Below are positions 28,418-37,471 of a DNA stretch of 63,422 nucleotides, piece by piece. The stretch's first letter is position 1; each line of letters opens with the position of its first letter. A program made the translations under genes and the position numbers. The notes below the pieces were generated by a model. That model did not search any database. It was not told the origin of the DNA and saw only the letters and a program-made list of their open reading frames with translations. Source of the DNA: a virus (lineage: Duplodnaviria > Caudoviricetes). The stretch covers positions 1 to 63,422 of IMG/VR virus record IMGVR_UViG_3300027996_000030; one strand, given 5' to 3'.

Positions 28418-28742
28418 CGGCCTTTCCTCCAATGCTGCGATAAGATGGGAAGGCCGGTGGCCACACCGGAGCGTCGGGATCCCACTGGCGCAGGAAGGTG
28501 TCGATGTGGGGCCAGTGCCGAACCCAAGCGTACTTGTCCTCGCCTCGGATCAACCCTGCGAGGGCACGGCAGGACTCGCCCGGATTTCCAGCGTCCACGG
28601 TGACGAGAATCGCCACTCCCGGCTTGGTGTTGTAGGCCATGTTGGAGCCGACGTTGACCTCGACAACCGGTGGACGGACATCGAGGGGGTCGGACACGTC
28701 AAGCACCAAGAACAGGCTCATTTCGGTCGGGTGTCTTGCCAT
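28410..28742 (-). CDS. hypothetical protein
   Basis: GAGGAGG RBS, coupled array. Confidence 0.6.
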   Translation of the reverse strand: MARHPTEMSLFLVLDVSDPLDVRPPVVEVNVGSNMAYNTKPGVAILVTVDAGNPGESCRALAGLIRGEDKYAWVRHWPHIDTFLRQWDPDAPVWPPAFPSYRSIGGKADE

Positions 28743-28848
28743 CGTCGTCCTCCTCTGTTCCCAGATCCGCCCGAAGCCTCTCTCGCACCTTGGCGACCGT
28801 ACATCACGATGTCGAGGTAGTCCTCGACGTTCATGAAAATCTTACGCA

Positions 28849-29106
28849 TCAGATGTATTCCCCTCTTTCGCGTCCTCGGCGGTGATGGGGGGACGTGACC
28901 CGGCCCTCCCACTCGTGGCCGCAGCCTTCGACCTCGTGGGCGGCTTCCAGAACCGTGCCCTTCCAAACCACGTCAGGAACGGGACCGCCGCACCGGAGGG
29001 TCGCCCGCATGTTCATGTCCGTGGTGTCGGGGTTGTGGGCCTTCACCACGATGTCCGTGTACTGAAGGGCACCGCACGCTGGACACTTGTTGAGTCGATT
29101 AGCCAT
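28849..29106 (-). CDS. small zinc-ribbon protein
   Basis: CPACG...C...CGHEW; GGAGG RBS. Confidence 0.65.
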   Translation of the reverse strand: MANRLNKCPACGALQYTDIVVKAHNPDTTDMNMRATLRCGGPVPDVVWKGTVLEAAHEVEGCGHEWEGRVTSPHHRRGRERGEYI

Positions 29107-29371
29107 CGTTCACCTCCCCTGCAAGGTCAACCAGCAGGTCAACCATTGTGATGGCGCTCTGCTTCGTGTCCTCGGTCAGCCAGAAAGAGTGAGACTTCTG
29201 TGTGCCGTCGTCTGCAACGGCAAGCGTCTGAAGCGTGTAGGTGATGACTCGGGGCATCTCCCACAAGTCCTCGATCCCGTTATTCTCCAGACGTAGCACT
29301 GGGCCATTGATGGCCTGCTGCTTCATGCCTCGATGTGGACCGTTGAGGATGAGGTATGCGGGATCACTCAT
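29099..29371 (-). CDS. hypothetical protein
   Basis: Start reassigned to ATG 29371 overlapping upstream stop. Confidence 0.55.
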   Translation of the reverse strand: MSDPAYLILNGPHRGMKQQAINGPVLRLENNGIEDLWEMPRVITYTLQTLAVADDGTQKSHSFWLTEDTKQSAITMVDLLVDLAGEVNDG

Positions 29372-29612
29372 CACCCACCCAAGGTGAAGGGAGAACCCGC
29401 GCATAACCCTGCGATTCGCAGGCGAACTTGGCGAAGTCAGCGTTTCCATCGCACCGCACAAGTAGCGCCTCCGCTTCAGCGCCACCAACGACCTGAAGCC
29501 CGGTCTCGTCGCAGGGGAAGATAGCGACCTCCCCCACCATTGGCAGGCGGCATAGAGTGCGCTTCAGCGTCTCCACGTTGGTGCCTTTGTCGATCATGAA
29601 AAATCCGGGCAT
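29364..29612 (-). CDS. hypothetical protein
   Basis: AGGAGG RBS. Confidence 0.65.
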   Translation of the reverse strand: MPGFFMIDKGTNVETLKRTLCRLPMVGEVAIFPCDETGLQVVGGAEAEALLVRCDGNADFAKFACESQGYARVLPSPWVGDE

Positions 29613-29630
29613 GTTTGCCTCCTAGTTGTC

Positions 29631-30074
29631 TCATTCATCGTTGCCCCCGGTCACCACGTCAGCAATGTCGATGCCACTGTCGTAGATTATGCTCGAAGAC
29701 ATGGGCAGCGGATCGACCACGACCAGCTTGCGACCGATCTCCGAGTAGTTGACCCTCCGTGAAGCGAGCAGACGGCCAAACTGGAGAAATCCCCACCTCT
29801 GCCGCAGCGCACGCTTCGCCTTCTTCTTGCGAAGCCGCTTCCGACCACGGTGCCTCCGCATCTCCGAAACGAGGTTTGCCTTGACGTACTCGTCGCGGGT
29901 CATGGCCCTGAAGAACGGATCGGCCATCTTTCGGACGAGTTGCCGAATCGCAGGGTCGTACCCGATGCTCGACGTGGCATAGGTCGTCGGGCCGTTCAGC
30001 ATCTCCCCACTAACTCCGAGTCCGGCCATGATCTTCTGGCGGATCAGATCCATCTCTGCCTTCGTGTCCATCAT
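29631..30074 (-). CDS. hypothetical protein with portal-like and major-capsid-like peptide segments
   Basis: ATGA-coupled start at 30074; IMAGLGVSGEMLNGPTTYA and RRVNYSEIGRKLVVVDPLP..IIYD. Confidence 0.6.
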   Translation of the reverse strand: MMDTKAEMDLIRQKIMAGLGVSGEMLNGPTTYATSSIGYDPAIRQLVRKMADPFFRAMTRDEYVKANLVSEMRRHRGRKRLRKKKAKRALRQRWGFLQFGRLLASRRVNYSEIGRKLVVVDPLPMSSSIIYDSGIDIADVVTGGNDE

Positions 30075-30382
30075 GGTTTCTTCTCCGTCTGCCACAAAGC
30101 ATCCGTCACGGCGTTCTGAATCGCCTGCTTGACCGTGGGCGACTCGCGGATCCACGACGACATCGCGTGCTTCACGGCTTCGCTGATAGCCATGTCGAGG
30201 TGATGGCGTACCGACTCCTTGATCTTGTGCTCCAGGTGGCCGTTGGTCACGAGTTCCGTGATTTCTGCTTCGACCTGCTTCTGAATCTCACCCTGATGGT
30301 CAATCAGAGCGTGAACGACCGAGTGCCGCATCGACTCCACGTCAAGTCGAAGTCGGACCATGTTGAGGGGTTGGTTGCTCAT
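30071..30382 (-). CDS. hypothetical helical protein
   Basis: AGGAG RBS, ATGA coupling. Confidence 0.65.
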   Translation of the reverse strand: MSNQPLNMVRLRLDVESMRHSVVHALIDHQGEIQKQVEAEITELVTNGHLEHKIKESVRHHLDMAISEAVKHAMSSWIRESPTVKQAIQNAVTDALWQTEKKP

Positions 30383-30591
30383 GTGTGCTCCTGTTTGCAG
30401 GTTCCGCAGTAAACCCACTCGTCTAGGTTCGATGGATCGCCAGCGCGACCGCTGTGAAAGCCCATCTTGATCCAGTTCGCCAACATCTCCGGGTCACCGG
30501 GCTTGGCTTTCTTGCCGCAGTCATCGCAGACGATCCAGACCAATGCCCGCTCGCCCTTGTCATTGTGTTCATCGTGGTAGATCCGGGCCAT
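30379..30591 (-). CDS. small CxxC zinc-binding protein
   Basis: CDDCG...CGTC. Confidence 0.6.
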   Translation of the reverse strand: MARIYHDEHNDKGERALVWIVCDDCGKKAKPGDPEMLANWIKMGFHSGRAGDPSNLDEWVYCGTCKQEHT

Positions 30592-30900
30592 TCACTTGAT
30601 CCAAGTGACCGACCAGAAGTCGAGTTCCGGCTTGGAGTCAACGCCACGGTAGGGATGGTGAACCTTGAAGAAGGTGCCCGACAATCGACAAGGCACTTGC
30701 TTGACTACCCCCTCCCCGTCACAAGTCTCGCAGTCGAACTCGCCTTGCAACATAAAGACCCGCTTCGACCCGTCGCAATCGGGACACTCTCGTTGATCCG
30801 AATCGCTCTCACACCACCAGTGCTCGGCCTCAGCCCAGGCAAGGGAGAAGTCCTTCCGCACGAGGGGTTCGCCGCAAGCGGGGCAGAACACCTTGGTCAT
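30592..30900 (-). CDS. small protein with DnaJ-like CxxCxGxG repeats
   Basis: CPDCDGSK, CETCDGEG. Confidence 0.65.
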   Translation of the reverse strand: MTKVFCPACGEPLVRKDFSLAWAEAEHWWCESDSDQRECPDCDGSKRVFMLQGEFDCETCDGEGVVKQVPCRLSGTFFKVHHPYRGVDSKPELDFWSVTWIK

Positions 30901-31115
30901 TCCTCACCTCGGACCTTGCGGAGCAGGTCGAGTGCTTCCCGATGGGGGCACATCTCTCCCGGTTTCAGACTCAGGAACCCGTGGGACTGGCAACCTCCGT
31001 GATGGTCAAAGGAACAGGGATCACCCTCATACACAAAGCACTCAAGCAGGTCGAGTGCTTGCTTGAAGACCCCACCATCGAGATCAGGCACCTTGGACTT
31101 CATCGCATCGCTCAT
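30897..31115 (-). CDS. small His/Cys protein
   Basis: CSFDHHGGCQSH; ATGA coupling. Confidence 0.6.
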   Translation of the reverse strand: MSDAMKSKVPDLDGGVFKQALDLLECFVYEGDPCSFDHHGGCQSHGFLSLKPGEMCPHREALDLLRKVRGEE

Positions 31116-31462
31116 TCCACACCCCCCAGCGTCCAGTCTTTCGGAGCCACGCAACCGACATACAGACAGCCGTAGGCCCGACCCGCAGCGTGTGACCCGT
31201 CAAACAGGTACGCATAGACGGCCAACGACCCATCGCCTTGCCACAAGTAGAAGATGCGATGCTCCAGAGCAAACGGACCCCATGAGTCGTGCCGCCCTCG
31301 CGCCGCGATCTCGGGGATCTTGAACGTCGGCTTCGCTTCGCGGAAGAACAGACGGGCAGGGTCGATCACCGGACGGTTGCTCTCAAATGAGAGATCCCGA
31401 ACCAGTACAGGCAAACCCGCTGGAAGGACGCGAACGGCGATGTCAAGCACTTGTGGTTTCAT
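31112..31462 (-). CDS. hypothetical protein
   Basis: ATGA coupling. Confidence 0.6.
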   Translation of the reverse strand: MKPQVLDIAVRVLPAGLPVLVRDLSFESNRPVIDPARLFFREAKPTFKIPEIAARGRHDSWGPFALEHRIFYLWQGDGSLAVYAYLFDGSHAAGRAYGCLYVGCVAPKDWTLGGVE

Positions 31463-31767
31463 TCCACACCCCCGATGATCATGGGGCCAACCTCGTCGTC
31501 GGGGGGCAGGTCAGCACCCAGCCAGCCCAACACCTGACGGCGCATCTGCTCCGTCGTCTTCACCGGCTGCCGAGCCTTCCATGCCTTGTAGGCACCGAGC
31601 ACCGCTTCCCACTCGCAGTCGTAGCAGAAGCCACGGACGTTGCCGTCGGATTCGGTGAAGCGAGCACCGGGCATCCCGCACTTGGGGCACCCGCAGTCGC
31701 GGCAGTCGTCGCCGTGCTCACAGTTTGTCGAGGAGCAGAAGCGGCACACGATGGGTTCAGTAGACAT
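31459..31767 (-). CDS. Cys-rich small protein
   Basis: ATG 31767 after AGGAG, below middle motif. Confidence 0.65.
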   Translation of the reverse strand: MSTEPIVCRFCSSTNCEHGDDCRDCGCPKCGMPGARFTESDGNVRGFCYDCEWEAVLGAYKAWKARQPVKTTEQMRRQVLGWLGADLPPDDEVGPMIIGGVE

Positions 31768-31787
31768 GGGGTTCTCCTGTTTACCTT

Positions 31788-31816
31788 TACCGGGAACAAA
31801 GGCGTTGTTGCCCCCC
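31788..31816 (-). promoter_or_regulatory. putative middle promoter GGGGGGCA-N15-CCGGTA
   Basis: Recurrent motif. Confidence 0.65.
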
Positions 31817-31817
31817 C

Positions 31818-32327
31818 TCACTCCTCGTAATAACCAAAAATGTCGCCCCAACCCCCCGAATCATCGGAAGCGATGAAGTCACCCAACTCGGCGTCCGCCA
31901 TCTCTTTGATCTTGGCGTGGGCTGCTCTCACCAAAGTGCGTCGGTGCTCCTGTGCTCGATACGCTTTCTTGGCCGCTTCGATCTCGTCCCCTGGCACCAT
32001 GACCCACAACACAGCGTTACGGCCAGAGCGCGTCTTGTCGGTGCTGCCACTGTCACGCACCAACCCTTGCTTCACCAGTTCACCGCGCCTCGCTGTGTAG
32101 GTGGTGTGCTTCATGTCCAAAACCACCTCGGCAGTATCATCAATAGTGCCGACATCCCCGCATTCCACAATGTGAGCGTACACACGACGGCGAAGACGAC
32201 CTGCGACCTCTGAAATGGATTCCGCTGCTTCCTCGGAGGTGTCGGAACCCGGCGTGAATGGGGCACCCACAGGCCCACGGGTGTGCGCTCCAAACAAATC
32301 GAACAGGCTGGGTTGTCTATCAGACAT
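31818..32327 (-). CDS. winged-helix DNA-binding protein
   Basis: TYTARRGELVKQGLVRDSG...TRSGRNAVLW; AAGGAG RBS at ATG 32327. Confidence 0.7.
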   Translation of the reverse strand: MSDRQPSLFDLFGAHTRGPVGAPFTPGSDTSEEAAESISEVAGRLRRRVYAHIVECGDVGTIDDTAEVVLDMKHTTYTARRGELVKQGLVRDSGSTDKTRSGRNAVLWVMVPGDEIEAAKKAYRAQEHRRTLVRAAHAKIKEMADAELGDFIASDDSGGWGDIFGYYEE

Positions 32328-33540
32328 GGGTATCTCCTTCATGGATGGTATTGCAGGTAGGGCACAGCCCCCGATCTCCTAGCAAACGAATGACCTCGGC
32401 TTCCGCCTCGATCAGCTTGCTCGCGTTGTGCTTGGCCTCGGTTGTAGCAGCGGTGACCTCCGTGTTGGCAGCGAGGTGGCGTTTCCGTAGACCTTTCACG
32501 ATGTCGATGCTGACTTGAATCTTGTCGGCTTTCGCGGTGTCGGGCAGGTCGAGATCCGTAAGGCCAGAGTACGCTTGCACGTCCGTTTGGTGACGTGTCC
32601 AACGTGCCTCAAGGTCGCGTACAATCTCAAGGTAGTCCCGTTGGGCTTGAACCCCATTGGCGTCAGGCACCGAGACGGCGGTGAACCCGGCGAGGGTTTC
32701 AACCTCCCCTTTGGCATGGGTGTAGCGGTCACGGTAGCCAGTGACCATCACCACAGCCTTTCCCAGCTTCTCCGATCGGGACGAATCAGGGATCACGTCG
32801 GGATCGTATCCCGCGAAGATTTCTGCATTGGCTGCGGCGGCTTCGTAGCGGTTTCGTAGAGCCGTGAGATCAGTCTGATCTTGCAACAGGGTTTTTATCT
32901 CGTCTCGGGTGTCAGCCAAACTCCTGATGTGAGTCCCTACGGGGTCGAGTCCATCGAAGTGCTCAACCGAGAGGGTGTGCGCCAACACGTCCTTACGTCG
33001 AATCTTGAGTTCACCGTTGGCAGAGCGCCGGTCTTTCTCGGATGCTTTGAGTGCCGAAGACAGCTTGCCGACACGCTCCACGTCGGAAAGGGCTTCCGCG
33101 ATGGCGGAGCCGGGACGGTTCACCAAAAACAATGACCCGGTGAACTGGTCTGCGATCTGCGGCCACACACGATCGGAGGCCGCGCTGATCTCCCGTACAC
33201 CCAAGGATTCGACCTCTGGAGGCACTCCGCGACCCACGGTAGCGATCAGCTTGCCGTTGATTGTGTACTGGTTGACCGTCTTGCCTTTCTGCTCCGGTTT
33301 CTCCCAGCCCTTCTCCCACTTGATCGAGGTGCCGTCATCGAAGATGAGAGTCACGGTCAAGTGAGCGCAGCCGTGACGGACAAAGGGGCCAGCCGGGGCG
33401 TTGGTGAACACCCCCCGGATGGCGCGCATAAACGCTGTCTTGCCGCTGTTGTTCGTGCCTGTGATGATCGTCAGGCCATCAATCGTCACGGTTGCGTCTT
33501 CGATGCTTTGAAAGTTTTGAACTCGGACTTTGACGGCCAT
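32320..33540 (-). CDS. SbcC/Rad50 N-terminal half ending in zinc hook
   Basis: VQNFQS, Walker A GTNNSGKT, Q-loop, coiled coil, C-terminal CPTC. Confidence 0.8.
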   Translation of the reverse strand: MAVKVRVQNFQSIEDATVTIDGLTIITGTNNSGKTAFMRAIRGVFTNAPAGPFVRHGCAHLTVTLIFDDGTSIKWEKGWEKPEQKGKTVNQYTINGKLIATVGRGVPPEVESLGVREISAASDRVWPQIADQFTGSLFLVNRPGSAIAEALSDVERVGKLSSALKASEKDRRSANGELKIRRKDVLAHTLSVEHFDGLDPVGTHIRSLADTRDEIKTLLQDQTDLTALRNRYEAAAANAEIFAGYDPDVIPDSSRSEKLGKAVVMVTGYRDRYTHAKGEVETLAGFTAVSVPDANGVQAQRDYLEIVRDLEARWTRHQTDVQAYSGLTDLDLPDTAKADKIQVSIDIVKGLRKRHLAANTEVTAATTEAKHNASKLIEAEAEVIRLLGDRGLCPTCNTIHEGDTHV

Positions 33541-33548
33541 AGATCACC

Positions 33549-33887
33549 TCACTCTGGTGTACCGGAAATGGGAGGACCGTTGACCCCCGTGTAGAGCACA
33601 GTGAAGCCGGGAGCGGGAGAGGATCCAACCTTCCATTCCCAAGGGTGGGCAGAACGGCTGTCGAGAGCAAGAACCTCTACATGCTTGAACTGGTGTGCAA
33701 GACCAAAGTTCCGAAAGGAGACGACACCTCCCTTCAACAAGACGCGGCAATGGGCAAACGTAGAGGTTCGACCGCGCACAAACGCCAAAGGTTCAATGAT
33801 CTCTGGTTGCTTGTGTCGTAGAACGCGAAGCGAACGCCTCTCGTCAATGCACTGCCGCCAGAGATTTTCTCCGACTACCTCACTCAT
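33549..33887 (-). CDS. hypothetical protein
   Basis: ATG 33887 overlaps recA stop. Confidence 0.55.
   Translation of the reverse strand: MSEVVGENLWRQCIDERRSLRVLRHKQPEIIEPLAFVRGRTSTFAHCRVLLKGGVVSFRNFGLAHQFKHVEVLALDSRSAHPWEWKVGSSPAPGFTVLYTGVNGPPISGTPE
33560..33588 (-). promoter_or_regulatory. putative middle promoter GGGGGTCA-N15-CCGGTA
   Basis: Recurrent motif upstream of SbcC N-half. Confidence 0.7.
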
Positions 33888-35127
33888 CGCCATCCCCATT
33901 GAGATCAGAAACCTTCGACTTCTTTGGCTCATCGAAGATGGCATGGAGATCGCCGTCTGCGTCATCCTCAACCTCGTCGGTGAAGTGGTCCGCCGTACCG
34001 GCTCCGAGAAACGGCATGACTCGTGCCTTCAGCACCTCAAAGTGGTCTGGGTTCTCCAGAAAGTGCTTCCGCAACTTTTCTGCCCCTTGGATCTTGAGCG
34101 GTTTGCCGGGGCAATCCGCCCACGTCATCCAACTAGACCCCTTGATGATTCCGTGCGCTTTGGCGATCTCGATGATCGTCCGCACGTTGTCGATGCCCTC
34201 ACCCCACCGGATGTAGAAGATTTCTTCACGTCCCTGTGAGCGACTGACCTTGCACTTGACCGTCTTAGCCATGATGATCCCACCCACGACACGCTCGTCG
34301 GTCTTGTGGGTCAAGTCGTTGTACTCACGAGCCTTCTCGTTCTTGACACGACGCAACTCCAGCCGCACTGCGGCGTAGAACTTCCAGCCATTGCCGCCTT
34401 GAGGTTGGGTTTTTTTGGCTCCAGGCATCGTCGCCAGCGTTGAACGAATCTGACTGATCCCAACGACGGCGCTTCCACTGCGGGCGATGGTGCCCTTGAT
34501 ATTGGGGAGTTCCTGTGACCACACGCTCTGAAGTTCAGCGACCTTGCCTTGTTCCGCGACCTCAAGAGCGTCACGCTCTGCGATGCGACGTGGGACAGCC
34601 GCGCCCACGGAGTCGAAGATGATGAGATCCACACCCGCCGTGGCGTAAGCCATCGCGTATTTGATCCCGTCCTCCAACGTGTCCGGCTGAAGCAATATGA
34701 ACTTTGAAGGGTCCGTGATGGGAACGCCGAGAGCAGCGGCATAGTCGGGAACGATGTCGTTCTCCCAGTCAATGTAAACTGCCGTGCCTCCGTCGGCGCA
34801 GCACTGAGCCACAGCCTCCAAGCACAGCGTTGTCTTGCCTGCGGATTCGTGACCCCAGATTTGTGTGACCTTGCATCTCGGGAAGCCCGGACAGGGGGAA
34901 ACTCCGAACGTGTTTTTCTCCCCTCCAATGAGGTGGTCGATGACGATGCTGCCACTGGAGATGTGAGGCAGAGATTCTTTCACCGTGTCATCGTCCATCG
35001 CCACCATAATGTCGGTGAACTCCTTACCTTTCTTCTTCTTCAGGAATGCGGTACAAGCATCCAGAGGGTTGATTGCTCCTGCAAGGGCTGCGCTGCCGCC
35101 CTCCTCACTCTTTTTCGCTCTTGCCAT
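33880..35127 (-). CDS. recA: RecA recombinase
   Basis: ISSGS, GHESAGKTT, IFDSVGA, SQIR, GGNGWKFYAAVRLE. Confidence 0.93.
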   Translation of the reverse strand: MARAKKSEEGGSAALAGAINPLDACTAFLKKKKGKEFTDIMVAMDDDTVKESLPHISSGSIVIDHLIGGEKNTFGVSPCPGFPRCKVTQIWGHESAGKTTLCLEAVAQCCADGGTAVYIDWENDIVPDYAAALGVPITDPSKFILLQPDTLEDGIKYAMAYATAGVDLIIFDSVGAAVPRRIAERDALEVAEQGKVAELQSVWSQELPNIKGTIARSGSAVVGISQIRSTLATMPGAKKTQPQGGNGWKFYAAVRLELRRVKNEKAREYNDLTHKTDERVVGGIIMAKTVKCKVSRSQGREEIFYIRWGEGIDNVRTIIEIAKAHGIIKGSSWMTWADCPGKPLKIQGAEKLRKHFLENPDHFEVLKARVMPFLGAGTADHFTDEVEDDADGDLHAIFDEPKKSKVSDLNGDGDE

Positions 35128-35788
35128 CGTTGATCTCCTCGTCCCGCAAACGGGACCACAGAAAGAAACGGTCTGACTCTCGGTAGACCATGCCCTTCCT
35201 GATTGTTTTTCCGGCCTTCGCCCCTCGGACGAAAGTGTGAACCTTAGTGAAGTACCGGGTTTCGGTTTCGGTCAACCCCCCTATCTCCAACCTTCCGTCA
35301 TAAAAATCCCAGAACCGTGCAGCGAGCACACCTACCAAGTAGGCGTCGGCCTCGTTGTGATTCCACCGCCCGCCGCCCGTATCGACCTTCGCCGCCTCAA
35401 CCATATCGACCTTATCCATCTTCCATCTGGGAGGACGGTCGATGGTGTCACGGGCATGGGCCTTGGCTTGCAACGGTGACCAGAAGACCACATCCATGCA
35501 CTCGGCATGAAGGGCCTCGCAAGAGTACAGGAACAACCCGTACATTCCCTCCGACCATAGCGCGTCCATGATCGGAAACTCAATGCCAACGCGATCAGGT
35601 TTGTGCTCCTGAAGCACGGCACGCAGGGATTCCCGCATGAACATGTAGCGGGTGATGAAGGTCATCTTGGCGGGAGTACGGAAACGCCCCCGTGCGACAC
35701 ACCGGGCAGGCGTACCGACGAGGGCGTCCGTGTCGTGAATGGCCCAACCAAACTGGGTAAGGCTGGGGTCCAATCCCAAGACCCGCAT
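35105..35788 (-). CDS. ruvC: RuvC-like Holliday junction resolvase
   Basis: VLGLDPSLTQFGWA, GIE, HNEADA. Confidence 0.8.
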   Translation of the reverse strand: MRVLGLDPSLTQFGWAIHDTDALVGTPARCVARGRFRTPAKMTFITRYMFMRESLRAVLQEHKPDRVGIEFPIMDALWSEGMYGLFLYSCEALHAECMDVVFWSPLQAKAHARDTIDRPPRWKMDKVDMVEAAKVDTGGGRWNHNEADAYLVGVLAARFWDFYDGRLEIGGLTETETRYFTKVHTFVRGAKAGKTIRKGMVYRESDRFFLWSRLRDEEINDGKSEKE

Positions 35789-36507
35789 CAGATGCCGATG
35801 CCGTCCAACAGCGCGTCCACGTCTTTGGCAGCGTGGTTCCCGGTCGGACTGGAAGGCTCACCACCCAGCTTCTCCCGAACTTCGTCCAAGGTCAGGGTGC
35901 GGGCCAACTCGCCCTGAATGCCCTCGGCCATCTGACGTGCTTCAGCGAGGATATTCGCGCCAATCGTCCGCAATCCTTCGTCTTTTGCACTGAGGTACTT
36001 CAGAAGGAGACTTTCGCCTTCGGGGGTGAACGTCATCTTTTGGAACTGCCCGTCGCTACACGCCATCGAAAGGTCATGGTCCATGAGCGAGAACCGCTTG
36101 TGGGTCTGCGCGACGGTCTTGTACTTGTCGGGTGAGAACGTCCAAGGCTGCACCTTGAAACCCTTGCCGTTCTTGTAAGAGGCAGCATCAATTTCGCCGT
36201 CCTTATCGGTCGGCCATACGCAGATGATGGTAGCGATCTGCTGCTTCGGCTGTTCGCCAAGCAGGGAGATCATCGCGGAGCGGTTGGCGTTATCCAGCTT
36301 GACGTAGCCAACGCCAGCCTTGTAAATGCGTTCGCATCCCGTGAACTTGATGGTCGCGCCCTCAGCCGGGGTGCCATCCTCTTTGTAGTCAGTGAACCAA
36401 ATGAGACTGACGCGGTATGCGCGTCCCGTTTCGCCCTTGAAACGCTTGGACCGTTGTCCAATGTCGTCGTCGTTTGAGCCGAAGCTGAAGTCAATAAATC
36501 CATCCAT
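35788..36507 (-). CDS. putative single-stranded DNA-binding protein
   Basis: Position before ruvC-recA, aromatic beta-rich core, acidic-hydrophobic tail DVDALLDGIGI. Confidence 0.55.
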   Translation of the reverse strand: MDGFIDFSFGSNDDDIGQRSKRFKGETGRAYRVSLIWFTDYKEDGTPAEGATIKFTGCERIYKAGVGYVKLDNANRSAMISLLGEQPKQQIATIICVWPTDKDGEIDAASYKNGKGFKVQPWTFSPDKYKTVAQTHKRFSLMDHDLSMACSDGQFQKMTFTPEGESLLLKYLSAKDEGLRTIGANILAEARQMAEGIQGELARTLTLDEVREKLGGEPSSPTGNHAAKDVDALLDGIGI

Positions 36508-36585
36508 GATGGGTTCTCCTAGAAGCGCAGGTTGTAGGTCAGATGCTCATTGTGAGCGATGAAGTGAAGTGCGCTGGGTCGTCTA

Positions 36586-36614
36586 TACCCGGCGTGGGGA
36601 TCAGAGTTACCCCC
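36586..36614 (-). promoter_or_regulatory. putative middle promoter GGGGGTAA-N15-CGGGTA
   Basis: Recurrent motif. Confidence 0.7.
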
Positions 36615-37471
36615 TAAAGGTCCAGATCCTCTAAAAGATCCTCAACGGACCGAAGGCCCTTGCCTTCCTCAACGGCGGGGGCGGCGATGGCTGACAGATA
36701 CGCATCGGCGGCGGCGTCGTCGCTCAAGGGCTTCAAGGGGTACAGGTCGTGCCCACCATCACGGTAGGGCAAAGCTGCGCCTGACGGCTCCGTCTCCACA
36801 GCGGGATCGGATTCCACAGCGGGATCGGATTCCACAGCGGAAACGATCGCCGCAAGGTCAGGCTCGGAGTGCCTTTTGCCCGTGAACATCTCATGCAGAT
36901 CCTTGAGGGTCTGCTTATCCACATTGGGAGCGGCTTCCAGATCGGGAGTCACCGTACCGGGAGAGGGTTTTGATCCCCAACGGGATCCAAGCCCAATCTC
37001 CTCCTGACACAGCTTCATTTGATCACGCAGACGGCCTTGTGCATCCTTTAGATCGGCACGCTTGGCCTTGATCACAATCAAGACTGCTTCCAAGTCGAAC
37101 TGGGTTTGAGCGACCTTTGAGAGCAAACGCACCTGATCTTGGAGCTTCATCGTTGCAAGAGCATCACGGTCAGCCACGTTGCGTCCAGAGCGGACCTCGG
37201 GATCATTAGCGAAGAGGTGCTTTTTCGAGAGGTCAAACTCAACCTCCATCGTCCGATGAACGGCACGGTACTTCTGGAGCCACTGACTGACGCGGAGAAA
37301 CAACCCCTCACAACCAGTCAGCATCCGACGTGCATCAGCCACCTTCCCGTTGAGACGCTTGGGTCCAAACTGGAGAGGGTCCACATCCAAATGAACTTCC
37401 ATGTCCGTGAGCATGGAGAACACCGAGTCGATAGCCTCAACCGAGACTTCAGGGAGTTCAGGGAGTTCCAT
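36614..37471 (-). CDS. coiled-coil protein, possibly UvsY-like recombination mediator
   Basis: Long helical core, acidic tail EDLLEDLDL, recombination context. Confidence 0.5.
   Translation of the reverse strand: MELPELPEVSVEAIDSVFSMLTDMEVHLDVDPLQFGPKRLNGKVADARRMLTGCEGLFLRVSQWLQKYRAVHRTMEVEFDLSKKHLFANDPEVRSGRNVADRDALATMKLQDQVRLLSKVAQTQFDLEAVLIVIKAKRADLKDAQGRLRDQMKLCQEEIGLGSRWGSKPSPGTVTPDLEAAPNVDKQTLKDLHEMFTGKRHSEPDLAAIVSAVESDPAVESDPAVETEPSGAALPYRDGGHDLYPLKPLSDDAAADAYLSAIAAPAVEEGKGLRSVEDLLEDLDL
36795..36840. repeat. in-frame 18-bp tandem repeat (2.5 copies, AVESDP)
   Basis: tccacagcgggatcggat repeated. Confidence 0.9.

Noticed and set aside
27750-28820. 356-aa plus ORF
   Set aside because: Antisense to a chain of coupled minus-strand genes with good RBSs
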